A DNA stretch of 60,335 nt, taken from IMG/VR virus record IMGVR_UViG_3300047553_000096, positions 1-60,335 of that record; one strand, written 5' to 3'. Shown in pieces: positions 33,237 through 43,055 of this stretch. The translations under genes and the position numbers were made by a program. The DNA comes from a virus. Its lineage: Duplodnaviria > Caudoviricetes. Numbering within the stretch: the stretch's first letter is position 1; every line of letters starts with the position of its first letter. The notes under the pieces were generated by a model, which was not told the origin of the DNA, searched no databases, and saw only the letters and a program-made list of their open reading frames with translations.

Positions 33237-33429
33237 TCTTCTTATCTTTTATGGCATGGAACCATTTCCAGACAAGCCAGCCGGACTGTAACACAATGTA
33301 GAGCAAGGTAGCAACTGCCACCCATTCATTCAGAGTCAGACCGCCAACAGTCACGGCTGTTGTGATTGCTACAGGAGGAGCAGCTTTTACGGCCTCCGTA
33401 AGCACATCGCTCTTTTGCTCCGGTGTCAT
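33211..33429 (-). CDS. Small membrane protein (holin-like)
   Basis: TLNEWVAVATLLYIVLQSGWLVWKW hydrophobic segment, basic tail. Confidence 0.6.
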   Translation of the reverse strand: MTPEQKSDVLTEAVKAAPPVAITTAVTVGGLTLNEWVAVATLLYIVLQSGWLVWKWFHAIKDKKNEAQSSDS

Positions 33430-33782
33430 GGCATCTCAACCCAGTTCACGGTATCTTCGTTCCAAGAATACATCTTCCCATCGGTAGGCATTGCTACAGG
33501 AGCTTCCCACTGAGCCTGAGCGTTTAACAGCCAGCTAGCAAAGGGTTGCGGAGGAACAAACGCATCAATGTCTTGCCTATATGTGTAGCCAATCCCTGCG
33601 TAGTTCTTACGCATGTTGCCGTTGTAGCTGGTCTGCTTCCAGTTGCCACCAAACAATCTTTGGCAAAAGGCAATGCCAATTTCTTCTTGCTCATTACCGT
33701 TTTCGTCAGAAGTGTCTGCGTTAGCTATGACAAGCACTCTTAAGACTGTATTTTGATTGTCTAATTCAGCAAAGTGAGCCAT
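33426..33782 (-). CDS. Tail-fibre-associated protein
   Basis: MAHFAEL, WKQTSYN..RKNYAGIGY.Y and DAF.PPQP..SW motifs; follows the Gly-rich gene. Confidence 0.65.
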   Translation of the reverse strand: MAHFAELDNQNTVLRVLVIANADTSDENGNEQEEIGIAFCQRLFGGNWKQTSYNGNMRKNYAGIGYTYRQDIDAFVPPQPFASWLLNAQAQWEAPVAMPTDGKMYSWNEDTVNWVEMP

Positions 33783-33790
33783 GTTTAACC

Positions 33791-34690
33791 TTAGTATCTA
33801 ATAACCACGATGCCAGAACCGCCCGCAGCACCTGATCCAGAACTGCCCCCACCACCGCCGCCACCGCCGCCAGAATTAGAGACGCCTGGTTGTGCAGCGA
33901 TACCTAATGAAAGGACTCTAGTTTGTCCATTTCCGCCGCCGCCAAGACCGCCAGTGTTTTGGTTGTGCGCCGTCTGCTCTCCATAACCCCCACCGCCACC
34001 GCCTGATAAATAATATATACCGCCAGAATTAACACCAGCAGTTGAACCAGAAATAGGGTTGGAAGAACCATTACCACCGCCACCACCACCGCTTGAAGCA
34101 GCGGCAGTTCCTTCGGCACTTGCGCCGCCACCACCACCGCCACCGTAATTAGCACCAGAAATACCAGCGCCACCGTTATACCCTTGCCTTGGAGGGCCAG
34201 CCGTTCCTGTTCCAGCGGTTGTATTTACATAACCAGACCCGCCACCTCCAGAACCACCGTTTAATCCGTTTTGTACGCCTCCTTTACTACCTCCTCCACC
34301 ACCCGATGCAGTAACAGAAGAAAAAACAGAATTACTTCCGGTTGTATTAGCAGCACCACCACCACCAACAGTTACAGTAAGACTTGCTCCTGGTGTTACA
34401 GAAAGAGTCCCTGTTAGAAAACCACCAGCACCACCACCACCGCCACCGGCAACTCCAGCATTACCATCACCACCACCGCCGCCACCAGCAACAACTAAAT
34501 ATTCAACGCTAGTAATACCAGAAGGAACCGTCCAAGTTGTGGATGAGGTAAATGTTTGAACTGTTTTTATAAGCGGCCATGTGCCTTGTTTCTGCGCTAA
34601 CTGCGCCTCTGTCAGCGACCAGACACCCTTGGCTGAACTCGTACTTGGGATGTTTGCGGGGCCGATTATCCCGCCGTTACCTCTAGGCAT
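33791..34690 (-). CDS. Gly-rich tail-fibre-associated protein
   Basis: TFTSS.TWTVP.G...VEYLVVAGGG...GGSGIVVIRY. Confidence 0.7.
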   Translation of the reverse strand: MPRGNGGIIGPANIPSTSSAKGVWSLTEAQLAQKQGTWPLIKTVQTFTSSTTWTVPSGITSVEYLVVAGGGGGGDGNAGVAGGGGGGAGGFLTGTLSVTPGASLTVTVGGGGAANTTGSNSVFSSVTASGGGGGSKGGVQNGLNGGSGGGGSGYVNTTAGTGTAGPPRQGYNGGAGISGANYGGGGGGGASAEGTAAASSGGGGGGNGSSNPISGSTAGVNSGGIYYLSGGGGGGYGEQTAHNQNTGGLGGGGNGQTRVLSLGIAAQPGVSNSGGGGGGGGGSSGSGAAGGSGIVVIRY

Positions 34691-34698
34691 GGCGACTC

Positions 34699-35073
34699 CT
34701 AGCTAATATCTTCGTAAGAGCAAACCACCTTTAAGTCGCTAGACGTTCCAGCCGTAGCACCTAGTGAGCGATCTTCCTCTAAATAGATGTAAGCGTCTTT
34801 ATCAATCACTACCAAGGTAGAGTCAGCAGGAACTACAACCGTAGACGCTATCTGTGTGGCCGTACCACCTAGCGCAGCAGCAGAGTAGTAGTTGATCGTT
34901 ATCTCTGCGTTGCTAGTTCCATCTACGTTAGACACATACAGCGAGTTGATCTTTAAGACCTTGCCTGAACTTGCTGCATTGCTCAGGATAGAGGTCGCAG
35001 ACGTAGACGATAGATCAACCGTAACGGTCTTGCCGTTTATGGTTGTCGGTGAGAGTAGGTTTGGAGCTGCCAT
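34699..35073 (-). CDS. Tail-associated protein, 124 aa
   Basis: Between the fibre and Gly-rich genes; VSNVDG and VPADSTL motifs. Confidence 0.6.
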   Translation of the reverse strand: MAAPNLLSPTTINGKTVTVDLSSTSATSILSNAASSGKVLKINSLYVSNVDGTSNAEITINYYSAAALGGTATQIASTVVVPADSTLVVIDKDAYIYLEEDRSLGATAGTSSDLKVVCSYEDIS

Positions 35074-35081
35074 GTTTGTTC

Positions 35082-37583
35082 CTATCCGAAAATCATTGCT
35101 GCTGTCACAGGACTAAAGCCACTACCACCGGATGCGGTAGACCAAGACAAACCACCAGATCCGTTACTGGTTAAAACCTGCCCGTTTGATCCGTAGCCTG
35201 TAGGGAATGTGTAGGTGTTTGTTGAAGTTGCCTGAGAGGAGTTAGCCTTCAATCTTAGAATCTTGATGCCAGATACATTGGCAGAGTAAAGCTCAAGATA
35301 CGGATCGTTTCCTGCTCCCTGCTGAATAGAGACAGAATCGCCAAAGATTGCTGCGCCTGCATCAGAAAGGCTTGCGTAGGTATTACCCTGGATTAGCTTA
35401 CCTGTCGTTCCGTCAAACCTTGCAAAAGCGTTATCAACCGCAGAAGCGGGGCCAACAACATCACCAGTACCACCTGATGCCGACAGAGTACCGGCAGAAT
35501 AAGTAAGGCCAGACCCTACCGTGACATTGCTAAATCCACCTGTGCCATTACTCCCCAATAACTGAGAAGAAGTTCCGCTTGTTGCAGGAGCGTAATCAGT
35601 GCTTGATACGGCTGCCGCTATAACACCTGACGAGGCTTTTAGTAGTCCCGTGGTTGTTGCAGCCTTTATTAGCTTTCCTGTGGTGCTATTAAAAAGCGCA
35701 ATCTGATTATCGGTTGATGAAGATGGGCCTACAACATCGCCAGAACCGGATGCCGTAGAAGCAATCGTAATACTTCCATTGCCGTTCGTGATAGTGATGT
35801 TAGAACCAGCAGTCAGAGTTGATTTACTCAGCAAGCCTGTTGATGTATTACCAATCATCAACTGACCGTCGGTGAACGAAGATTGACCAGTACCGCCATT
35901 AGCAACCGGAAGGGTTCCAGTTACCCCTGTCGATAAAGGCAAGCCCGTTGCATTGGTTAGCGTACCGGAAGAAGGTGTCCCTAACGCTCCCCCTGGTGCA
36001 ACATAATCAGTACCAGCAGCAGCATTAGCAAACCCACCAGCATTGTTACCCTTTAAGATCGCTGTTCCGGTTGTCGCAGGTGCGTAGTCAATACCAGAAG
36101 AAGCAGTCGAAAAGGCTCCAGCACCATCACCCTTAAGAATCCCTGTCCCTGATGTTGCGGGAGCGTAGTCTGTTCCTGATGTGGCTGCGTAAATAACACC
36201 GCTTACAGCCTTTAATACGCCCGTTGTAGACGCTGCCTTTACTAACTTCCCTGTAGTCCCGTCAAACAGTACGATTTGATTGGCTGTCGCAGAAGCTGGG
36301 CCTACAACGTCACCCGTTCCAGCGGGAGACGCCCAGGTAAGCGCAGTACCATTCCAACTTAAGTAAGTACCTGAACTTGTCGGAGCGGTAACAAAATCAG
36401 TTGCCCCAGAACCCGTTTGTACGGCAATTCGGTTAGCAGCACCACCTGCAAGATTAGTCGCCGTGGTTGCGCTTGTTGCGGATGTTGCGCTTGCAGCAGC
36501 ACCCGTAATATCAATACCCCATGTCCCGCTAGCACCAGAACCCGTCAAAGAAGGTACACCGAGGTTTGTACGGGCATCTGCCGCAGAAGATGCGCCTGTA
36601 CCACCATCTGCTACAGCAAGGTCTGTAATGCCTGTTATTGATCCACCAGAGATAGAGACTGAATTTGCTGCTTGCGTAGCAATAGAACCTAGTCCTAAGT
36701 TAGTCCTCGCTGTAGAGGCAGAGGCTAAGTCAGAGAGGTTGTTCGACCGATAAGCGTACGTCGTGTCTTGACCTGTCGCTGTAACACCTAAGTTCGTCCT
36801 AGCGTCGGCAGCAGAAGATGCGCCAGTTCCACCGTCAGCAACCGCAAGATCGGTAATCCCTGTGATCGACCCGCCTGTAATAGAAACGCTCGATGCCGCT
36901 TGCGTTGCAATCGTTCCTAAGCCGAGGTTTGTACGGGCAGAGGATGCGGAAGCTAAATCAGAAAGATTGTTAGCCCTGAATGCGTAGGTTGTATCTTGTC
37001 CGGTCTCGGTAATCCCAAGGTTTGTGCGAGCGTCTGCTGCTGTTGCTGCTCCTGTACCACCTCGTGCTACAGATAAGGTTCCTGTAGTACCCGCAACAAT
37101 CGGAAGTCCTGTTGCATTTGTAAGCGTTGCCGCTGAAGGTGTACCAAGGTCTGGTGTTGTTAAAGCCGGAGAAGTCGCTCGTACTACATTGCCCGTTCCT
37201 GTGATTGCAGAAAACGATAAGTTACCTGAACCGTCTGTCGCTAAAACTGTGTTCGCTGATCCATCCGCAGAGGGAAGCACAAACGTGAGATTAGAGGCAA
37301 GAGACGCAGCAGATCTGAGTTCTGTGTAGCTTGTGCCGTTGTCTGCATCTTCGCCAAGCCGTACGCGGCCTGCGTTAGCCGTGACACCTGAGACCGTGAG
37401 AACGTCATTGGTCGTAAAGGTATCGCCATCTAATCCGGCCTGCTGATTCTTGAGCTGTGACATAAGCTCACGAATCGCGTTGTTGATGTTACTGGGAGCG
37501 CAGCCCTCGGCAATGTCAATGCCATCAATATCGGTGTTGTTACCTGGAGTTGAGGAGAACTCGGAAATCTTTGTTTTTGCCAT
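35082..37583 (-). CDS. Long tail fibre protein, 833 aa (copy 2)
   Basis: Same N-terminal anchor as 1548-3950; GGTGASSAADARTNLG repeats. Confidence 0.75.
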   Translation of the reverse strand: MAKTKISEFSSTPGNNTDIDGIDIAEGCAPSNINNAIRELMSQLKNQQAGLDGDTFTTNDVLTVSGVTANAGRVRLGEDADNGTSYTELRSAASLASNLTFVLPSADGSANTVLATDGSGNLSFSAITGTGNVVRATSPALTTPDLGTPSAATLTNATGLPIVAGTTGTLSVARGGTGAATAADARTNLGITETGQDTTYAFRANNLSDLASASSARTNLGLGTIATQAASSVSITGGSITGITDLAVADGGTGASSAADARTNLGVTATGQDTTYAYRSNNLSDLASASTARTNLGLGSIATQAANSVSISGGSITGITDLAVADGGTGASSAADARTNLGVPSLTGSGASGTWGIDITGAAASATSATSATTATNLAGGAANRIAVQTGSGATDFVTAPTSSGTYLSWNGTALTWASPAGTGDVVGPASATANQIVLFDGTTGKLVKAASTTGVLKAVSGVIYAATSGTDYAPATSGTGILKGDGAGAFSTASSGIDYAPATTGTAILKGNNAGGFANAAAGTDYVAPGGALGTPSSGTLTNATGLPLSTGVTGTLPVANGGTGQSSFTDGQLMIGNTSTGLLSKSTLTAGSNITITNGNGSITIASTASGSGDVVGPSSSTDNQIALFNSTTGKLIKAATTTGLLKASSGVIAAAVSSTDYAPATSGTSSQLLGSNGTGGFSNVTVGSGLTYSAGTLSASGGTGDVVGPASAVDNAFARFDGTTGKLIQGNTYASLSDAGAAIFGDSVSIQQGAGNDPYLELYSANVSGIKILRLKANSSQATSTNTYTFPTGYGSNGQVLTSNGSGGLSWSTASGGSGFSPVTAAMIFG

Positions 37584-37585
37584 GA

Positions 37586-39490
37586 TTACTCCGCTTGCAT
37601 CCCTGAAATCAACGGCGCAAAGCCTAGATCCTCAGCTTTTTTCCGTAACGCCTTAGAAACAGGCTCAACCGTCATTTTAGATGCTTTTTGCATCATTAGC
37701 GAAGCTAATTTCGGATCTAGCATGGCTTCGACAAGTAACTGACCAACACGCTCATCAGGAATCTTGTATAAAAAATTAAGAGGCATCGCCAGAGATTTGA
37801 CCGTTGCGGTATCCGCAAGCACATCAGAGAACATCGAGCCAATCAAATTGGCAGTCGAAAAGTTTTTGAATGTGTCTGAGCCTGGACGTTGCGCTACCGC
37901 AGATGTTAGCGACGATGTTCTGTCCAAATCCTTAATCAAGTTATCAAGCATGGTGGCCTGACTTTGGTTTAGGGTTCGACCAATCTCTTGCGCCCTATTG
38001 GTTAACTGGCTTCTTAACTTCGCTTGGCTAAAGATTGGAATGGCATTTTCTGCACTTGTGATGTCTCTAGCCGCAACCGTAGATTTCTCTTCTATCTTTT
38101 GCAAAAGTTGTTTTTGGCTAATTGGAACAGACTGCCTGCGGTATTCAGAGAGGTAGTTTTTGAACCCAGGTGCGCTCTGCTCAATAACATCGTCGATCAC
38201 AGACCTGATCTGCCCAAGTTCCTGAGCAGCAAGCCTTAGCCTGAAATCTTCTTTGTCGAACTTGCCTTCTATGGCCTGGTTGATGTCTTTGCGTATGCCG
38301 TAAATTCGTTCTGGAGTTACCGGAACTTCCTCAACGTCTTTAATCAAACCTTGCACAAACTTCATCGCATCTCGAACTGGCTTGGACCCGCCGGTTTCAC
38401 CGCGAACAATATTGTTCATGGCTGACCTTACAGGATTGAGCGCGTCATAAGACATAGGCCCAAACTCTTTTTGAGCGAAGAAAGCCTCTTCTCGCATTGG
38501 CTTTGTGGTTTGTTTTCTGACCTTTTCTAACGACTTAATAACCTCTGGCCCGACACCGGACTCAGCCTGAAATGCTTGTGATCGAGCAAGGTTTTGCTGC
38601 GCCACACGCTGACCAAGTAAGTTTTGAACATCTAAAATCTTAGCGACAGGTGTTTGCAGACCAAGTAAGCCAGGGTCTCTAGCGGCCTCAGCAAGTGTCG
38701 GCATGGAGCCAGGTATGTACTCTGGCGCGGCCATAGCCCTTGCAGCGGCAGACTCAGGTATCGTGGCAAATCGGTTTAGGACGTTGCCAACCATTACCTC
38801 TCGACCTTCTTGCGTAAACGGCTGCACTACGCTTCTTGCAATCTGAGCGCCAGACCTAGCAACAGCCGGAGCGCCAGAAGGTGTCATCGAGCCAACGATC
38901 CCCAAGCCTGCTTGTGCAATCGGAGGCAACCCTTCTTCTCTTGCTAGGCTAGAGGCTCCAGCGCCTCCTAGCGTGGCAATACCTTGCGCCCTTGGGTCTC
39001 TCGCTAAGGTTGCGGCAACCTCCCGCGTTACAGGGCTTTTTGCTACGCGCTCAACATTTTTGGCAAGCTGAACAGCGCCGCCAGTGCCAACCAAAGCAGA
39101 CGCCAAGTCTTGAGAGACACGCTCTTGCGCTGTCTGTGGTTGAGGGAGGATTTTATTTAGAAGGTTTTGTATGGTTTCGCTAGGAGGTGCGGCAACCTGC
39201 CTTCCTGCAACAACATTCATAAGACCCGTGATAGGGTCAGCAATCATTGTTGGCAATGCCGTTAATCCAGTAATCGCAGCCCTTGTGGTTAAACCTAACT
39301 GCCTTGCAACACCACCAGGCGACACATCTGGCTTGCGTTCTGCTTGAGCAAGCATCTCATCAATAGGCTTTCTAATTGCCTTCATTTGGCCGGATACGAC
39401 GATTGTTCGCAAACCCTCATCAGAAACCTTTGACATATCCCCAGAGGCAATAGCCTCTAGGTCTTTGTCTGACAGCTTGCTTAAGTCCAT
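37586..39490 (-). CDS. Putative internal virion/ejection protein, 634 aa
   Basis: Syntenic with 3953-5470 but not alignable to it by eye. Confidence 0.55.
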   Translation of the reverse strand: MDLSKLSDKDLEAIASGDMSKVSDEGLRTIVVSGQMKAIRKPIDEMLAQAERKPDVSPGGVARQLGLTTRAAITGLTALPTMIADPITGLMNVVAGRQVAAPPSETIQNLLNKILPQPQTAQERVSQDLASALVGTGGAVQLAKNVERVAKSPVTREVAATLARDPRAQGIATLGGAGASSLAREEGLPPIAQAGLGIVGSMTPSGAPAVARSGAQIARSVVQPFTQEGREVMVGNVLNRFATIPESAAARAMAAPEYIPGSMPTLAEAARDPGLLGLQTPVAKILDVQNLLGQRVAQQNLARSQAFQAESGVGPEVIKSLEKVRKQTTKPMREEAFFAQKEFGPMSYDALNPVRSAMNNIVRGETGGSKPVRDAMKFVQGLIKDVEEVPVTPERIYGIRKDINQAIEGKFDKEDFRLRLAAQELGQIRSVIDDVIEQSAPGFKNYLSEYRRQSVPISQKQLLQKIEEKSTVAARDITSAENAIPIFSQAKLRSQLTNRAQEIGRTLNQSQATMLDNLIKDLDRTSSLTSAVAQRPGSDTFKNFSTANLIGSMFSDVLADTATVKSLAMPLNFLYKIPDERVGQLLVEAMLDPKLASLMMQKASKMTVEPVSKALRKKAEDLGFAPLISGMQAE

Positions 39491-40926
39491 TATTGGCCTC
39501 GCGCTCTAAGTCTTTTTTGGATTTCTTCCTGCGCCGCTTTCATAAGATCTGTCGCGGCATCTGATTTAGGCGTTTCTTTTGGAGGCTCTGGCTTTACGCC
39601 TTCAACATCCTTAGGCCTTTTTGCCGCAACATTACCCATATCGGTAATGATCCGTGACAATTCAGACGCTTGTTTATCAATAGCTTTTTTGCCGGTAAAG
39701 ATACCCGTGACGGTTGTTGGATCTTGTACTAACTGCTCGATGATCGCCAAGTCAGGTCCGTTAAGAACACCTAAGTTATAAGCCTCTTTAGCTTGTAACT
39801 GCATATTGCGATACTTAAGTTGTATATCTGCGCGTTTGGCAGGATTCGCAGCATCAGTGGTCGTAAATCCTGAAAGCGAATCTCTAAATTCTTTGATTGC
39901 ATTGACTGTGTTTTGAGCGCCAATAACCTGTTTAGCTTGAGCCTCCGGCATCTTGCTTGCAGCACCCATGACAGGCTGTCCCGTTTGTCCGGTCACTGGA
40001 ATGGCAGGCATACCAGGAATGGAAGAGACATACATCTGCCCTTCTGGTGTATCAACAATCCTGTACGCGCCTCGTGCGAATTCGCCTTGAGCAAGATTAA
40101 GTCGCTGGCCTTCCATGCCAACACGCTGGCCTTCCATAGCAACTCTTCGATTTTCAAGTTGAAGCCTTTGCTCATCAAGCATGATTCTCTTGGCTTCTGC
40201 TGGAGGTATGTTTTTCTTGATCTCTCCGGTAATTGTTCCGGTCGTTTTATCTCTAAAAACAATGCGATCGCCTTGATCGACCTGCTCCTCGTTTGGCAAA
40301 GGCGAAGCGTTGACCGTTTTCATTGCACCTGTTTTGCTTAACTGAATAAGCGCCGGCCTTCCTCCAATCATCACAGTCGTTGGAGTTGTTGAATATTCGT
40401 CTTTGAGTTGCTCGCCTAAAAACTTTGAGCCAGCCTCTGGTCCCATAATCCTTGCAATGGCCAACTGTTCAGCGCTCAACGATCCAAATGGAGTTGCTTG
40501 CTTTTGTATGGCTTGCAGCCTATCTGCCGCCGCATCGGTCGGTCCTTCTGTGCCCATCGCCCTTCCAGCAATAGCGGTTTGTTGTTCCGCTGTTGGACCC
40601 ATTAGCATCCGATTAAACGCCTCTTCGCGCTGACGTTTTTTCGCAGCCTCTTCCAACTGCAGTCCCATCATCCTATCCTGCACTGCTTGCTGCACCGCAC
40701 CGCGATAGGCTTGCTGTCCTGCTTGTAGTCCTTGCGCCACAAGTTCGCCTGTAGACCTACGAACAGGACTTCTTCCTGATCCAGCAAGTAGCGTAAGACC
40801 AAGGTTTAGCAATCCCTGATCTTGTGCCTGCTGCCTAAGTTTTTCCTGATCTTCTGCGCCTAACAAGCCTCCCATGTAGGAAGGCATTTCACCAAATACA
40901 CCGCTAAGGAAGTTGCTAGTTGACAC
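39490..40926 (-). CDS. Putative internal virion/ejection protein, 478 aa
   Basis: First ~90 aa shared with 5473-7002. Confidence 0.55.
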   Translation of the reverse strand: MSTSNFLSGVFGEMPSYMGGLLGAEDQEKLRQQAQDQGLLNLGLTLLAGSGRSPVRRSTGELVAQGLQAGQQAYRGAVQQAVQDRMMGLQLEEAAKKRQREEAFNRMLMGPTAEQQTAIAGRAMGTEGPTDAAADRLQAIQKQATPFGSLSAEQLAIARIMGPEAGSKFLGEQLKDEYSTTPTTVMIGGRPALIQLSKTGAMKTVNASPLPNEEQVDQGDRIVFRDKTTGTITGEIKKNIPPAEAKRIMLDEQRLQLENRRVAMEGQRVGMEGQRLNLAQGEFARGAYRIVDTPEGQMYVSSIPGMPAIPVTGQTGQPVMGAASKMPEAQAKQVIGAQNTVNAIKEFRDSLSGFTTTDAANPAKRADIQLKYRNMQLQAKEAYNLGVLNGPDLAIIEQLVQDPTTVTGIFTGKKAIDKQASELSRIITDMGNVAAKRPKDVEGVKPEPPKETPKSDAATDLMKAAQEEIQKRLRARGQ

Positions 40927-40928
40927 GA

Positions 40929-41888
40929 TTACCTCCCAAGCAAACCAACGAGACCACCCAATGCTGCACCAGCAGTTGTTCCGAGCACCGGAACCGTGCT
41001 TCCAAGTTTAGATCCTGCTAAAGCACCACCGAGCATCCCCGCAAGTGGATTGGAGTAAGTCGGCTGAATTGTTTGTTGACCCATTGGCGCACCGTAAGCA
41101 CCAGACAAGAACGATTGAAGTGCCGTGTAAGGTGCTTGCTGCTGGAAGTTAAAGCGTTGTATTGCATCCTGAAGTGCTGCCTGTTGGTAGCCTTCTGTCG
41201 CCTGCCCAACCTGCGCTAGCTGTCCTATGTCCGTGTAGTCCTGTGCGGCCAAACCTGGAGCAGCACCGATAGCTGCTTGCTGTCTGGCCCTCTCTGCTTC
41301 GTAGAGATCTAGTCCCATGCCTAGTGCTTGTTGTTGCCTACCTCTCTCAGCCTCGTAACCAGAGTAACCCAACTGTGCAGCCTGCCCTGCAAGAGCGTTA
41401 GCAAGTGCGCCTTGCGCGCGTTGCTCTTGACTCATTAATGCTTCGTTAGTCCCGTAGCGTCCTGCCTGAGAGGCGCGAGACCGCATTTGGTTGATAGCGT
41501 CCTGGTACTGAGTCGTTGCTGCTTGGAACCCAGGCTGTAGTGCTGCCGTGTAGTACGGGTTTTGTCCGAGATAACCACCTGCGACCGTGTTAGCTAAGAC
41601 AGGACTTGTTGCACCCGCTAATGTCTCGGCACGAGAACCACCGAGCGTCGTTGCTAACTGCTGTTGCGCCAAAGGAACAAGCGGGTTGCCTTGCATAGCC
41701 CTTGTTTGCATCGCAGACAGCGCAGATTGTGTCTGCTGAGATGGGCCTACATAGGTCTGGCCTGTGAAAAACTCAGGAGCACCCTGTTGATAGAGTCTTT
41801 GCGCCTCGCTTAGTCCGTACTGGACATAAGGACGCATTGTCGGGTCAAGTTCGGTTCTCGTAACCGTGTTTGTCGTACCGCCAGCCAT
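40929..41888 (-). CDS. Putative DNA transfer/pilot protein
   Basis: Full-length homolog of 7005-7964. Confidence 0.55.
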   Translation of the reverse strand: MAGGTTNTVTRTELDPTMRPYVQYGLSEAQRLYQQGAPEFFTGQTYVGPSQQTQSALSAMQTRAMQGNPLVPLAQQQLATTLGGSRAETLAGATSPVLANTVAGGYLGQNPYYTAALQPGFQAATTQYQDAINQMRSRASQAGRYGTNEALMSQEQRAQGALANALAGQAAQLGYSGYEAERGRQQQALGMGLDLYEAERARQQAAIGAAPGLAAQDYTDIGQLAQVGQATEGYQQAALQDAIQRFNFQQQAPYTALQSFLSGAYGAPMGQQTIQPTYSNPLAGMLGGALAGSKLGSTVPVLGTTAGAALGGLVGLLGR

Positions 41889-41889
41889 G

Positions 41890-42276
41890 TTAAACCTCTC
41901 TCACCCACTTACGGGGTCTAAAACCTAACGCCTTAGCCTTGCGATCCCAGCCTTTACGCCACGAATCAAAGCTGATAGTTTTCGCGCCACCACTTCTCGC
42001 AATGCCGAGAACATGATCCAAGCCTGCACGACTATCTCCCTTGCCATAAGCGCACCAAATATGCAAATTATCGCCGATAGGCTGCAAAACAACAAAGCCC
42101 ACAACAGAGTTATCCTCAACAAACACCCAAAGAAGTGATCTTCCTGTAAAGCAGTCCGAATAAATGTCCTCGGGTATCCACGATTCTGGGCTTTTCTTAA
42201 GGATGACTTCCAATCCTGGCTTGATGTACTGCCAGACATTTCTTAGCTCGTCTTGTTTGATGTATTGCACATTCAT
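41890..42276 (-). CDS. Small GNAT-fold-like tail assembly protein
   Basis: Homolog of 7966-8352. Confidence 0.5.
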   Translation of the reverse strand: MNVQYIKQDELRNVWQYIKPGLEVILKKSPESWIPEDIYSDCFTGRSLLWVFVEDNSVVGFVVLQPIGDNLHIWCAYGKGDSRAGLDHVLGIARSGGAKTISFDSWRKGWDRKAKALGFRPRKWVREV

Positions 42277-43055
42277 CCGACCACCACATAACCGTATGTT
42301 TTGTCAGAGGTTGCATTTGGGAAATGCGTAATCACAGCAGAACCGTTCGTCACGCTCGAAACATACACGCCACCGTTAGAAAACCCGCCCACAAACTGCA
42401 TCGTGGCAATCACAGAAGGAGTCGCAGGACGCGTAGGGCTCGATTGAGTGGCGATATACTCGATGATGACAAGGGTTGAACTCGTAGCCCACATCAACTC
42501 GATGTAGTCGTTAGCCGCAAGGTCTACAAAGAGGTTAAGCGCAGCAATGACATGGCCCTTTACCGACCCATGCTTAGAGTCAATCGAGAATCTTGAGTTT
42601 GAACTAGCAATATCAGTCCCGTTCTTTCTAACCCACACATCTACGTCTTGGATCTGCGAGTCATCGTTAGCAAACTGAATCGAGAATTGGAAGTTGTACT
42701 TACCCGCCGCCCTCACGTTAATCCGACTTGAGTTTGATAGGTAGACGTTGTTCGTTAAATCGGTATTAGAAAACGTGATCGCATACGCTGTCGTCGTGCT
42801 TGCAGCAGATTGATCGTTGAGGTCGTAAAACGAGCCATACGGGATCGAATCGGCATAGGCAGCAGCAGAGTAGGGAACAAGGATGATCTTGCTTTCTACC
42901 CCTATCCTTGCGTCTGTAATCGTGGTTGTGGTGGCGTTTCCTGTGGCAAGCGTTACCGTTCCGGTGTTGTTCGTCTTACCGTCCATGATGCCACGGACAA
43001 TTTCAGCAACGGCTCTCTGATCGCCACCAAACGGAGGCAGCGTACGGAAGATCAT
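42273..43055 (-). CDS. Tail structural protein
   Basis: Homolog of 8349-9131. Confidence 0.5.
   Translation of the reverse strand: MIFRTLPPFGGDQRAVAEIVRGIMDGKTNNTGTVTLATGNATTTTITDARIGVESKIILVPYSAAAYADSIPYGSFYDLNDQSAASTTTAYAITFSNTDLTNNVYLSNSSRINVRAAGKYNFQFSIQFANDDSQIQDVDVWVRKNGTDIASSNSRFSIDSKHGSVKGHVIAALNLFVDLAANDYIELMWATSSTLVIIEYIATQSSPTRPATPSVIATMQFVGGFSNGGVYVSSVTNGSAVITHFPNATSDKTYGYVVVG

Noticed and set aside
33791-34690. Gly-rich ORFs as collagen or PE-PGRS host genes
   Set aside because: No Gly-X-Y periodicity or PE domain; they sit in the tail module.
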